A stretch of 45,636 bases of DNA from Octopus sinensis. Taxonomy: Eukaryota. Position 1 is the stretch's first letter, and every line of letters begins with the position of its first letter. The DNA lies in the NCBI RefSeq assembly GCF_006345805.1, contig NW_021835106.1, positions 1-45,636 on the forward strand. The letters run 5' to 3'. Under the pieces are notes generated by a model. The model was given only the letters and a program-made list of their open reading frames with translations. It was not told the DNA's origin and made no database searches. Positions 1 to 11,880 of the stretch are shown here, in pieces. The position numbers and the translations under genes are program-made.

Positions 1-500
1 GGGGACAAAGACCCGTCGGTAAATGATGTTTCATCGGATAATGAAGAGCCAGAAGAGAGTGGAGCAGAATCAGATGACGAAGGATTGTTAGAGGGTGGAG
101 AGGAATCAGAAGAGGACGGAGTCCCGGTGGATGACGCGTCGTCAGAGGACGGTGAAGACGAGTTAGTGGATGGAGAGAAGTCAGTGGATGAAGACGAGTC
201 AGAGGGTGAAGACTCAAATAATGGAGGACTATGGGTGGACGACGACGAGTCAGTGGTGGGAGACGAGTCAGTGGATGAAGGCGAGTCAGCGGATGAAGAC
301 TCAAACGATGGAGGACTATCAGTGGGTGACGACGAGTCAGTGGACGAAGAGGAGTCAGCGGATGAAGCAGATTCCGAGAGTGAAGATGAAGCAGCGACTG
401 AGAGTCTCTTACTGAATAATGGAACGTCGGTTTCTAGCGAAACGCTTGATTCTGGAAACTCAACAACCGAAGGAGAAAGCCTTGCTGTGTCCAGTTCTCG
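1..500 (+). CDS. Coding exon (5'-partial) of an EGF-repeat gene: Asp/Glu/Ser-rich low-complexity region
   Basis: Frame 1 is open from base 1 (GDKDPSVNDVSSDNEEPEES...GESLAVSSSR), with about 66 D/E in 167 codons and internal VDEDES/VGDES repeats. It ends at a canonical donor TCTCG|GTAAGT (501), phase 2, which joins the 4636 exon in frame. Confidence 0.85.
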
Positions 501-962
501 GTAAGTTAATGCTTCATTCCACCCGGTTTCACATCGCCACTTTCCTCTTCGGGGCTTCTTGTGGTTTTTTACTTTTTTCTTATTAAATAATCGGACCGTG
601 TCTATCTTCGTGTGAATGTTTTAAGTGTTTTAGTGAAAAGAGAGGAGTTGAGCCCGTAGCTCTGTTCAGGGCCCCTGGCATATGTGGGAAGCAATGGGTG
701 AGGTGGGGCTTGGCCCTAACAATTGCAACAGAAGGGACTCAGTGTACCTGAATTACACCAGCATTTGTAGTTTTTATGTCGATCTGTTTTTACTTAGCCC
801 AGTGCATCTCTGTCAGTAGGTAGAAATGAAAACCCATAGCCTGTATATCATAACTGTATTTTTTCAAACAGTCCTCCATAGATCCCTCTTTTTCTTTAAT
901 ATATGATGAGATATTCTTTTCTACTTGAGGCACAAGGCCCGAAATTTGGAGGGAGGGGGCCA

Positions 963-1307
963 GTCGATTATATCGACCCTAGTGCGTAACTGGTACATAT
1001 TTAATCGACTCCGAAAGGAAGAAAGGCAAAGTCGACCTCGGCGTAAATTGAACTCAGAACCTAACGGCAGACGAAATACCTATTTCTTTACTACTCACAA
1101 GGAGCTAAACACAGAGAGGACAAACAAGAACAGACAAAGGGATTAAGTCGATTTTATCGACCCCAGTGTGTAACTGGCACTTAATTTATTGACCGCGAAA
1201 GGATGAAAGGCAAAGTCGACCTCGGCGGAATTTGAACTCTGAACGTAACGGCAGACGAAATACCGCTAAGCATCTCGCCCGGCGTGCTAACGTTTCTGCC
1301 AGCTCGC
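963..1307 (-). mobile_element. tRNA-derived SINE (family 1), with internal tandem duplication
   Basis: Reverse complement of the GCGAGCTGGCAGAAACGTTAGCACGCCGGG...GAGTTCAAATTCCGCCGAGGTCGAC head (A-box/B-box-like). Further copies at about 2645-2815(+), 5085-5265, 5590-5800, 7780-7965, 9515-9630, 11965-12150, 13700-13820 and 15230-15565 (all -), and 29377-29450(+). Confidence 0.85.
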
Positions 1308-1724
1308 TTCTTTAATACGATGAGATATTGACATACGACTGGGCAGACGATCTCTCCTAAAAGTACTTGACTTGTTTTCCTGATCCTTGCATCAATATAG
1401 GGTCCGCTGTATTTAATCCTGTTTGCTGATTCTATTGGGATGTTCCACCAACTTTCTGGATATATTCTGGTTCTGTTGCGCCAATCTTCAACAAGCCAGA
1501 TTCCTGTAACGGAGCGACGAACCTGAAGGGGCCCAAATAAAACTGTTTCAAATAATAATGATAATTAGTGTGATTTCAAATTTCTGCCACAAGAGCAGCT
1601 TGGGGTGAGGTGAGGGCGAGTCGATTACATAGAGCCTAGTCTGTTATTTTCTCGACGTTGAAAGGAAGAAAGCAAAGTGCACTTTGGGGAATTCGAAATC
1701 AGAACGGAGCGACGGGTCAAATAT

Positions 1725-2010
1725 AGCTTAAACAACCCTTATTCAACATCCTTAAACAACCCTTATTCAGTGAACTTTGGAGTGGGATGGGCTTCTCGAC
1801 CAGAAGAAAATTCTAACTGGTCCCCACCTGCAAGATCATGCGCTATTTATCTTGATATGAGATCACCATGTCCCGCACATATGGTTGTGATGCATGTGCC
1901 TGGGGTACCCTTATCAGACGGGTAGTCATGATGGGTATACTGAGCTTCGTATATTTTACCACGGTGTCACTTTGATGGCATGCACTGCTCTCTCACTCAA
2001 TAATAATAAT
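1725..2010 (+). mobile_element. Interspersed retroposon 3' end with (AAT)n tail (family 2)
   Basis: The same ~300-500-bp sequence (…ccccacctgcaaggtcatg…gtgtcactttgatggcatgcactgctctctcactc(AAT)n) recurs at 5331-5571, 6295-6856, 10500-10886 and 14696-15205 with variable 5' truncation, as expected for LINE/SINE 3' ends. Confidence 0.8.
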
Positions 2011-2011
2011 T

Positions 2012-3875
2012 TCTTTTTTCGCCACTAAGGGTTTACACAAAAGGGGCTGCTCATTGAAACCCCACAAAAACAACGATCACTCTGACATCTAGGGTGTATG
2101 CTCTCTTCACTTCATGTGCCCTTAATGTACAGGCGCGTACTTCTAGAAAGACCATTCACTAGGGCCATTCGAGCTACATTCACCCATCTTTTAACAAAAT
2201 TGCTAGGTGGCAGCACTTCCCTCTTTACCCTCACTTTGAGATTCTGGGTAAAGAGGAAAGTGTCTGTCTTCAGCCCTTTCAGCAAGGTCCACCAGGCAAC
2301 CTCTTTCGCTATGGCCACTAGACTAAGCAAAGATGCCTGTCCCTCCCGGTTGGAAGAAAGCAGCGGGCTGATCCTTACCAATAACTTAGCTGAAATCCGA
2401 ATCCGTCCTCCAAGTGGGAGCAGTTCTTCGATGATAAGCGCCGACCCCTTTGCTAACAGCCTGCTCGAAAGTTTGATGTCTGTGTTCAGCAGCGTTATGA
2501 ACCTAGTTTTCTATTTCATCTCCCTTGTTTGGGTCCATTTTTAGCAGTGCCACCGCTCCTAGACTCACAGAATTGGGAAATAGCCTGTTCTAGTACCAGT
2601 TACGGTAGCAGTTCTGGCAGATCTGCTAGAAGGCTGTCAAACAAAGGCGGATCGTTAGCACGACGGGAGAAATGCTTAGCGGTATTTCGACTGCCGTTAC
2701 GTTGTGAGTTCAAATTCCGCCGAGGTCGACTTTGCCTTTCATCTTTTCGGGATCGATTAAATAAGTACCAGTAACACACTGGGATCGATATAATCGAATT
2801 AATCCGTTTGTCCATCCTACGTTCTGGATATCTTTACGTTCCACATATTTGCCAAAGGGATCTTGAAATACCTCACACATCTTCTCCGGTTGGAGTTCCT
2901 TGCGCCCATTTTGGTCCACCAAAGACTGAATAGTGACTTTGCTTTGACGTTGTGCGTCTGTCATTCGACCCCATTATGGGGCTTTCCTTCCCTCTTCTCT
3001 TACAGAGTGCACCTTAGATCTGACAAGGCAACCTTCGTGTTTATCTTTGAGCAAATGGTCCAGAGCTAATCTTGCAGCAAGCAGGTCAGCTGCAATGTTC
3101 TTCCAAAGCGCCATTTCGAAGTTACTGACTAAATTCCCTTCTGTTTTATCCATCTCTACCACTAATGCTTTAATAAACCTACCTAACGCCAACCATCATT
3201 TGTTGTTGACGATTAGCCCCATCAACGCCATCTTAGTTAATTGTCTAATTCGGTCTCTGTTGGATTGGCACTTTGGGAGCAACGCTTTCAGCCTCCAGTA
3301 ACCGGATCCCTGCCTTCTAAGCCTATCTAGGTTAACAACTTCTACTAACGTTAATCTACTTGCCTATAGAACCCCGTTCCTCATCAAAATACGACCTGGT
3401 TGACCCCATACAGGCTTTTACCATCCGCTTTCTATTCGCTAGACCCACACAGTCCAATTGTATCTCTAAGGCACCGTACCAGTTGCCCACTAACTCTAAA
3501 TTTCGAGGCATTCCTAGGAATACCTCTCGATGTCTGAAGATATACGGCTTCCCTGCTTCTATCGGAGTATAAACAGGTACCTGTCTGTAAGTACCCCCGT
3601 CACTACAATTCGCATCCAGGACCATCATCTCTCCTTCTGGATCCAGGAAGATAGTCCTTATGTTGAGATCCATGCCCCTACGGATCAACGCCGCCGTTCA
3701 ACCTCCGATTCCCGGTTGACATGGAGATAAATACTTCTCGTATCCCGCGAAAGATGGCAAGAAAGCATGTCGGTCGGAAAGTCTAGTTTCACTGATGGCG
3801 ATTACATCGACACTTAGTGATCTAATGTCGTTGAGTAGTGGCCTTGTTTCCAAGGCGATCGCAAGTCAGTTCTTT
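2012..3875 (-). mobile_element. Degenerate, internally deleted L1/Tx1-clade LINE ORF2 (APE endonuclease, start of RT, C-terminus), interrupted by a SINE
   Basis: Minus-strand motifs: DVIAISETRL and DPEGEMMVLD..VYTP..VGNW (APE endonuclease); GCLVRS linker; RFITLLNTDIKL (RT start, ~2440-2510); AIAKEVAWWT...KRW C-terminus. Multiple stops and frameshifts. Confidence 0.85.
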
Positions 3876-4635
3876 GTATATTCGTCTTTTTATATCTCTG
3901 GAACCCCCCACCCATTCCTTCAAGGGATTTTATTTTTATAGTGTTATATGCGTTTATATGTATATGTATATATATTTATACACACACACACACTTATATA
4001 TTCCTTCTTTCTTTTTTTCCAGGGGAATATGTCGAGTGAGATGTTATAAAACCGTGACCTACAAAAGGGCCCGAAGAAGCTGGTGCTGGTTTTTGAGACG
4101 GTGTACAAAATACCGGTAAATACGAAGCCACCTTTCCGGATTTTCTATACAGAGTAAACTTTCAATATTACGGCATCCACCGATGACAAAGTATTCATTA
4201 CCCTCGCACATTAATATCTTAATATTTCGCTTGGGCATAGCGAAAATAACAATATGGTGTAGAACTCAATCTAGGTGTGATCCAGAATTCAATTGTAGAT
4301 AAGTGTAAAATGGTAAGAGAAAGCAAAGAAATGGCACCGGCAAAAACAAAGGTTATGTAACGCACTTCATTGGCTAACAGCTGTTTCTGATGTAGGTTGT
4401 GGTGGAGGATTAGTTGAGTACCAGGATATCATGCTCTAGCTTCATCAGAGCCTTCAATGTGAAAAGCACTTTATTTAGGATAATCGCATTTTCAGACTAC
4501 ACAGTCGTATATTCTGAAAGTGTAACTTGTATGTGTGTATGTATGTGTTTGTGTGGTTGTCTGAACTTACCATCATTGTGTTATATATCCTTCTGGTTAT
4601 ATATCCTTTTATTCTATCCTTCTCTCATTTAACAG

Positions 4636-4712
4636 TACAGCTTCCAGGAGAATTCTTACAACCTGTCGCAGATGCTGCAGAGGATGGACCGGCACGCCTG
4701 GAAGGTGCAGAG
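4636..4712 (+). CDS. Coding exon: EMI-domain C-terminal-half-like Cys/Arg linker (R)TASRRILTTCRRCCRGWTGTPGRCR
   Basis: Acceptor tctctcatttaacAG|, donor GCAGAG|GTAAGA. The 77-nt length converts phase 2 to phase 1, exactly linking the acidic exon to the EGF exons. The CCxGW..C motif resembles the end of EMI domains. Confidence 0.8.
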
Positions 4713-5519
4713 GTAAGAACATGTGTTCAGTTCTCTCCGGATGTTATGTGTAGATAAGGCCTAATATTTTCTTGATATTTTCTATTTTATATCCAAATAT
4801 GACATCCAATGGTCTCGTTTCAAATTTCCTTTTTCTTTCGTATCACAATCCTTTGAAGAAAGACATCGCTATTTCTTCCATTTTATTTTTCCTGTTTTAT
4901 ATTGTAATATATGCAAATGAGCGTCGTATCGTCCCGTCTTCTTTCCACCATATTTGATCAGATGGAGTGCATTTTGATGTATGTAATCCCTTTGCCACAG
5001 CAACTGAGCTGAGAAAGGTCTGACTTCTGTTAAAAGAACATGGTGCATCAAACTTATTCTACAATAGGCAAAAGGCCTGATATTTTGTGGTCAGGTGGGG
5101 GTCAGTCGATTACATTGAGCCTAATATTTCAATGGCGCTCATTTCATCGACTCCGAAACGATGGATTCCAACGTCGACATTGGCAGATTTTGAACTTGTT
5201 ACGACGAAATAACGCTAAGAACTTTGTCCGGCGTTTTCACGACTCTGCCAGCTCACCGCCTTAATAATAACAACCACAATGTTGATGACGATGATGACGA
5301 TGATGATGATGATGATGAGGATGGTACAAAAATTTCTAACTGGGCCCCACCTGCAAGGTCATGTGCTGTTTATCTTGATATGAGATCCCCATGTCGCACA
5401 CATATGGTTGTGATGCATGTGCCTGGTGTACCCTTGTGAGACGGGTTCTCATGAGCAGTATACTGGGCTTCGTATATTATATCCCAGTGTCACTTTGATG
5501 ACATGCACTGCTCTCTCAC

Positions 5520-5572
<53 letters not shown>

Positions 5573-5827
5573 TTCACTAAATTTTGGAGAAGGGGACTAG
5601 TCGATTACATCGACCTCAGTGTATAACTGGTGCTTATTACATTGACCCAACCCCAAATAATGCATCTGTTTTATATACATGCAATTAAGCGCAATAAATT
5701 TGTTTTCTTGACCCTGAAAGAAAGGCGGATTTGAACACAGAATGTAAAGACGGACAAAATGCCGCCAAACATTTTTACCGTCGTGCAAACGATTCTGCTA
5801 ACGACGACGACGACCACGATGATAATT

Positions 5828-5865
<38 letters not shown>

Positions 5866-5930
5866 AATGATGATGTTGAAAGGATTCTGATTGTTATATA
5901 TAATTGTGTTATTTCTGTTCTGCTTTCCAG

Positions 5931-6050
5931 CCGTCGGAGGAGCGTGCAGATGGAATCGGTGCGGGAAGAATGGTAGATGCGTCAGGAGAGGAACCTCTTT
6001 TACTTGTTACTGCAGACGGGGCTATTATTTCAATAGAAGAACATGTGTTT
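5931..6050 (+). CDS. EGF-like exon A1: AVGGACRWNRCGKNGRCVRRGTSFTCYCRRGYYFNRRTCV
   Basis: Acceptor ttctgctttccAG|, donor |GTAAGT, 120 nt, phase 1-1, six Cys in EGF spacing with CxC. Confidence 0.9.
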
Positions 6051-6129
6051 GTAAGTAAAGGACAAACAGCAGCTACAAGAACAATATACACACGTATATC
6101 TATAAGCAATTGGCTGGGAGATAATAATA

Positions 6130-6165
<36 letters not shown>

Positions 6166-6199
6166 CAACTACAACAGCAACAACAACAACAACAACAAC

Positions 6200-6252
<53 letters not shown>

Positions 6253-6801
6253 TAACAATAATAATAATAATGATAACAATTATAATAATAAATGCCCCAC
6301 AGTGGCTTTCATGGTTTCTGATCTTAACTGATTCGAAGTTTTGGGCTGCAGCACATATTCTGCTCAGTACAACAGATTTGCTTGTCATTTGTTTGACCTT
6401 AACCAGTTTGAGCATGTCCCTTAGTGGCTGACGATTTGTGCATCTCTGATCATGAGCAGAAGTAGTGGGGGAGCATCATAGCCACGTGTTGAGAGGCATT
6501 CTTGGAGGTTTGGATAATTCACCTTTGGAAACATGGGTGGTTTGTTCAACATCCTTAAACAATTTATTTAGGGACGTTTTGAGCGGGATGGGCTACTCCA
6601 ACTGAAGACATTTCCAACTGGGCCCCACCTGCAAGGTCATGTGCTGTTTATCTTGAAATGAGATCATCATGTGGCACACATGTGGTTGTGAAACATGTGC
6701 CTAGTATACCCTTATCAAACGGGTAGTCATGATGGGTATACTGGGCTTCGTATATTTTACCCTAGTGTCACTTTGATGACAAGTACTGTTCTCTCTCTCT
6801 C

Positions 6802-6856
<55 letters not shown>

Positions 6857-7014
6857 TTAATCCCTTTTACTGTAGGCAGAAGGCCTGAAATTTTAGCGGT
6901 GGGGGATAGTCGATCACATCGCTCCCCTCCCGCCACTGTTTCAGTGGTTTTTGTTACAATCCTCCCAGCGTACCACCTGAAGAATAACACCAACCAAAAC
7001 ATCAATATCAATAA

Positions 7015-7530
7015 TGATGGTGGTGATGCTGCTGCTGATGATGATGATAATTATGATGATGAAGATGATGGTGGTGATGGTTATGATGAGGATGATGATG
7101 ATGATGAGATGATGATGATGATGATGATGATGATAATGATGATGAAGATGATGGTGATGATGATGATGATGATGATAATGATGAAGATGATGATGATGGT
7201 TATGATGAGGATGATGATGATGATGATAATGGTGGTGATGATGATGATGGTGGTGATGGTGGTGGTGATGATGATGATGACGACGATGATGATGATGGTA
7301 ATGATGAGGATGTTGATGATGATGATGATAATGATGATGAAGATGATGATGGTGGTGGTGGTGATGATGATGATGATGACGAAGACGATGATGATGGTTA
7401 TGATGATGATGATGATGATGATTATGATGATGAAGATGATGATGGTGGTGGTAGTGGTGATGATGATGATGATTATGATGATGACGACGATGATGATGAT
7501 GGTTATGATGAGGATGGTGATGATGATGAT
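7015..7530 (+). repeat. Compound (GAT/GGT/GAC)n microsatellite; paralogous longer copy at 11045-11715
   Basis: Directly visible trinucleotide array. It is the source of the poly-M/H/D ORFs in the ORF track. Confidence 0.95.
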
Positions 7531-7575
7531 ACATAAGTGTTACATCCATGCAATGAATTTGTTTTACTTTTCCAG

Positions 7576-7695
7576 ACAGAAACGAGTGCAGAGGGAAGTA
7601 TGTGTGCGGAAGATACGGGAGATGCATCAACACCCCAGGATCCTACAGATGTTTCTGTCGTCGAGGTTTCCGTTTCAATGGGAGAACATGCGTTG
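7576..7695 (+). CDS. Calcium-binding EGF-type exon B1: (Y)[39 protein letters not shown]
   Basis: Acceptor ttttacttttccAG|, donor |GTAAGT, 120 nt, phase 1-1. Carries the xxNEC and CxNxxGSYxC cbEGF consensus. Confidence 0.92.
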
Positions 7696-8021
7696 GTAAG
7701 TGAAGCAGAATAGACAACAACAACAACAACACACGTTTATGTATAAGTAATAATCTTTTCTACTCTAGTCAGAAGGCCTGGAATTTTGGTGTGTGGTAAG
7801 TCGATTACATCGACCCCACTACTCACCTGGTACTCAATTTATCGACCCCAAAACGATGGAAGGCAAAGTCGACCTCTGTGAAATTTGAACTCAGAACGTA
7901 GCGACATACGAAATACCGCAAAGATTTCGCCCCGCACGCTAACGACTCTGCCAGCTCGAGACCTTAATAAAAATAATAATAATAATAATAATAATAATAT
8001 AATAATAATAATAATAATAAT

Positions 8022-9225
8022 AACTGAGACATGGCTACGGTTGCATAAAGGAAGTTTAAAATGGGAGAAATTTTTTAGTAGCAGCACGGGATCAAGTTTT
8101 AAGGACTAATTGGATAAACACCAAGATATACAAAAACCAATTAGATTCCAAATGTAGCCTATGCAAATCAAAGGAAGAAGGCATTTCTCATATAGTAATT
8201 GAATATAGCATGACGTCACAGAAAGAATTCAAGAAAATATATGACATCTTCGGTAGAGTAATCCACTGGGATTTGTGTGGACATCTAGGATTTTTAACAT
8301 GCTGACAAATGGTATGAACACGAACCTGGAAAAGTATTAGAAAGTAAGAAATATAAGATGTTGTGGGAGTTCGTCATTCAGACTGACAGTAATAGAAGCT
8401 AGAAGGCCTGATTTGGTAGCAGAAGATAAAGAGAATAGAAAGTGCCAGATAACCGACTTTACGGTCCCAAATGATGAAAACATTAATATGGGAAGTATAG
8501 AAAAAAAAATGAGGCCCAATGGCCCACTGGTTAGGGCAGCGGACTCGCGGTCATAGGATCGCGGTTTCGATTCCCAGACCGGGCGTTGTGAGTGTTTATT
8601 GAGCGAAAACACCTAAAAAGCTCCACGATGCTCTGGCAGGGGATGGTGGTGATCCCTGCTGTGCTCTTTCACCACAACTTTCTCTCACTCTTACTTCCTG
8701 TTTCTGTTGTACCTGTATTTCAAGGGGCCGGCCTTGTCACTCTCTGTGTCACACTGAATTTCCCCGAGAACTACGTTAAGGGTGCACGTGTCTGTGGAGT
8801 GCTCAGCCACTTACACGTTAATTTCACGAGCAGGCTGTTCCATTGATTCGGATCAACCGGAACCCTCATCGTCGTAACCAACGGAGTGCTTCCATCCATA
8901 GAAAAAATAGCAGAGTACCAGGACGTAGCCATTGAATTACCGAAACTATGGAAAGTGCGGGTAAAATGCGTCCCAGTAGTTATAGGAGCATTGGAAACTA
9001 TCCCTAAAGATCTGAACAGATGGATAGAGGACATAGGCAGAAAACCCAGTTTCGTACAGCTCCAGAAAACAGTGTTATTATGGACAGCTAAGAAGCTTAG
9101 GAGGGATCTTGGCATCTAAGGTTACTTGCTGCAACCCAATAGGTGGGTTCTTGATATTTAAGGCGGCTTGTAGACCCCTGTTTGGGTCTTTTCTTTTCTA
9201 ACAGTCTGGCTGGTTGTGTGTATAT
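8022..9225 (+). mobile_element. 3' fragment of an R4/Dong-like non-LTR retrotransposon (CCHC zinc knuckle plus restriction-like endonuclease), split by a SINE; duplicate at ~12208-13410
   Basis: Translates (with frameshifts) to CSLCKSKEEGISHIV…IHWDLC, MLWEFVIQTD..IEARRPDLV..DK and KIAEYQDVAIELPKLW…VPVVIGALETIP…LQKTVLLWTAKKLRR, followed by an (AAT)n tail. Confidence 0.85.
8511..8897 (+). mobile_element. Full-length tRNA(Arg-like)-derived SINE with target-site duplication; duplicate at 12696-13081
   Basis: Head GGCCCAATGGCCCACTGGTTAGGGCAGCGGACTCGCGG…GGTTTCGATTCCC. Flanked by ATAGAAAAAA(AAA)T at 8497-8510 and 8898-8908. Removing it restores the R4 ORF (…SIEK|IAEYQD). Confidence 0.9.
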
Positions 9226-9239
9226 GAATAATAATAATA

Positions 9240-9296
<57 letters not shown>

Positions 9297-9417
9297 TAAT
9301 AATGATGGTGATGATGATGATGATTGATGATGATGATGATAATAATAATAATAATGATGATGATGATGATGTGTGATGATGATGATGATGATGAGATGAT
9401 GATGATGATGATGATGT

Positions 9418-9469
<52 letters not shown>

Positions 9470-9753
9470 AATGATGATTTCCAAATTGCCACAGAGGGCA
9501 AGTAATTCTGGGTCGGGGATAAGTCGATTACATCGACCCCAGTGAACATCTGTTACTTATTCAATCGACCCGGAAGCGATGAAAGGCAAAGTTGACGTCT
9601 GTGGTGTTTGAACTTAGAAAGAACAGACGCTGTCGAAATGACACCCGGTGTGGTAACTATCTGTCATTATGATGATGATCATGATGATGATGATGATGAT
9701 GAAAGAATTCTGATTGTTATATATAATTGTGTTATTTCTGTTCTGCTTTCCAG

Positions 9754-9873
9754 CCGTCGGAGGACCGTGCAGATGGAATCGGTGCGGGAGAAATGGTAGA
9801 TGCGTCAAGAGAGGAACCTCTTTCACTTGTTACTGCAGACGGGGCTATTATTTCAATAGAAGAACATGTGTTG
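9754..9873 (+). CDS. EGF-like exon A2: [40 protein letters not shown]
   Basis: Canonical AG/GT, 120 nt, paralog of A1 with homologous flanking intron sequence. Confidence 0.9.
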
Positions 9874-9943
9874 GTAAGTAAAGGACAAACAGCAGCTACA
9901 AGAACAATATACACACGTATATCTATAAGCAATTGGCTGGGAG

Positions 9944-10035
<92 letters not shown>

Positions 10036-10340
10036 AAGAAGAAAAAAGATAATAATAATTAATTCGCTTATTCGCCACAAGGGCTAACAAAAATCAATTA
10101 TACCATAAAGGGACAAAACACAGGACTAAAGTTACAAAGTGTTTTTCCGTTTGAAAAATCCGTGTAAAAATCAGTGTAACAACGAACATATTTAATGTCA
10201 CAAACTTTTGGGGGAATCGGTCTAGTCGATTACATCGACCCCAGAGTATAACTGGTGCTTATTACATTGACCCAACCCCAAATAATGCATCTGTTTTATA
10301 TACATGCAATTAAGTGCAATAAATTTGTTTTCATTTGCAG

Positions 10341-10468
10341 ATGTAAACGAGTGTAGAAGGAGTTTTCGATGCGGTAGATACGGGAAATGCGTCAACACAA
10401 TAGGGTCCTACAAATGTTTGTGTAAACCAGGGTTCCGTTTCAATGGGAGAACATGTGTTCGTAGATAA
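10341..10468 (+). CDS. cbEGF exon C1: [40 protein letters not shown], then either a weak donor at 10461 or read-through RR-stop
   Basis: Acceptor tttgttttcatttgcAG| and full cbEGF consensus. At the position homologous to the other donors the sequence is C|GTAGATAA, which read through gives CGT AGA TAA (stop at 10466-10468). Confidence 0.88.
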
Positions 10469-10834
10469 AGCACACAACAACAACAAAACGTGTAAGTATA
10501 AGTAATTGGGTTGAATTCTTCGGGGTTTGGATAATTCACCTTTGGAATCGTGGGTGTTTCGTTCAACATCCTTAAACAACCCTTATTCAGGAAATTTTTT
10601 AAAGGGATAGGCTACTCGACCAAAAGAAAATTCTAACTGGGCCCTCCCCTCCCCAGAAAGGTCAGGTGCTATTTATCTTCATATGAGGTCACCATGTCGC
10701 GCACATATGGTTGTGATGCATATGCCTGGTCTACCCTTATCAGACGGGTATTCATGATGGGTATACTTGGCTTCTTATATTTTACCCCAGTGTCACTTTG
10801 ATGGCATGCACTGCTCTCTAACTCAATAATAATA

Positions 10835-10887
<53 letters not shown>

Positions 10888-11760
10888 TTAATCCCTTTTA
10901 CTGTAGGCAGAAGGCCTGAAATTTTAGCGGTGGGGGTTAGTCGATCACATCGCTCCCCTCCCGCCACTGTTTCAGTGGTTTTTGTTTACAATCCTCCCAG
11001 CGTACCACCTGAAGAATAATACCAACCAAAACATCAATATCAATAATGATGGTGGTGATGGTGGGGGTGATGCTGCTGATGATGATGATGATAATTATGA
11101 TGATGAAGATGATGGTTATGATGAGGATGGTGATGATGATGATGATGATGATGGTGGTGATGATGATGGTGGTGATGGTGGTGGTGATGATGATGATGAC
11201 GACGATGATGATGATGGTTATGATGAGGATGGTTATGATGAGGATGGTTATGATGAGGATGGTGAAGATGATGAAGATGATGATGGTGGTGGTGGTGATG
11301 ATGATGATGATGATGATATGATGATGAAGATGATGGTGATGATGATGATAATGACGACGATGATGATGATGGTTATGATGAGGATGGTGATGATGATGAT
11401 GATGATGATGGTGGTGATGATGATGGTGGTGGTGATGATGATGGTGATGATGATGATGACGACGATGATGATGATGGTAATGATGAGGATGTTGATGATG
11501 ATGATGATAATGATGATGAAGATGATGATGGTGGTGGTGGTGATGATGATGATGATGACGAAGACGATGATGATGGTTATGATGATGATGATGATGATGA
11601 TGATTATGATGATGAAGATGATGATGGTGGTGGTAGTGGTGATGATGATGATGATGATTATGATGATGACGACGATGATGATGATGGTTATGATGAGGAT
11701 GATGATGATGATGATACATAAGTGTTACATCCATGCAATGAATTTGTTTTACTTTTCCAG

Positions 11761-11880
11761 ACAGAAACGAGTGCAGACGGAAGTATGTGTGCGGAAGATA
11801 CGGGAGATGCATCAACACCCCAGGATCCTACAGATGTTTCTGTCGTCGAGGTTCCCGTTTCAATGGGAGAACATGCGTTG
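11761..11880 (+). CDS. cbEGF exon B2: [40 protein letters not shown]
   Basis: Duplicate of B1 with 2 substitutions, canonical splice sites, 120 nt. Confidence 0.85.

Noticed and set aside
6970-7000. CCACCTGAAGA resembling a hammerhead start (also ~11005)
   Set aside because: No helix II or downstream GAAA core follows.
6695-7699. Long poly-M/H/I/D ORFs (also 10937-11884, 9097-9549, 13381-13737)
   Set aside because: Stop-free frames of (GAT)n and (AAT)n microsatellites inside introns, with length varying between duplicates.
8511-8590. tRNA-like sequence (also 12696 and 29555-29617)
   Set aside because: It is the head of a SINE with a TSD and a long non-tRNA body. The acceptor stem and anticodon arm are not intact.
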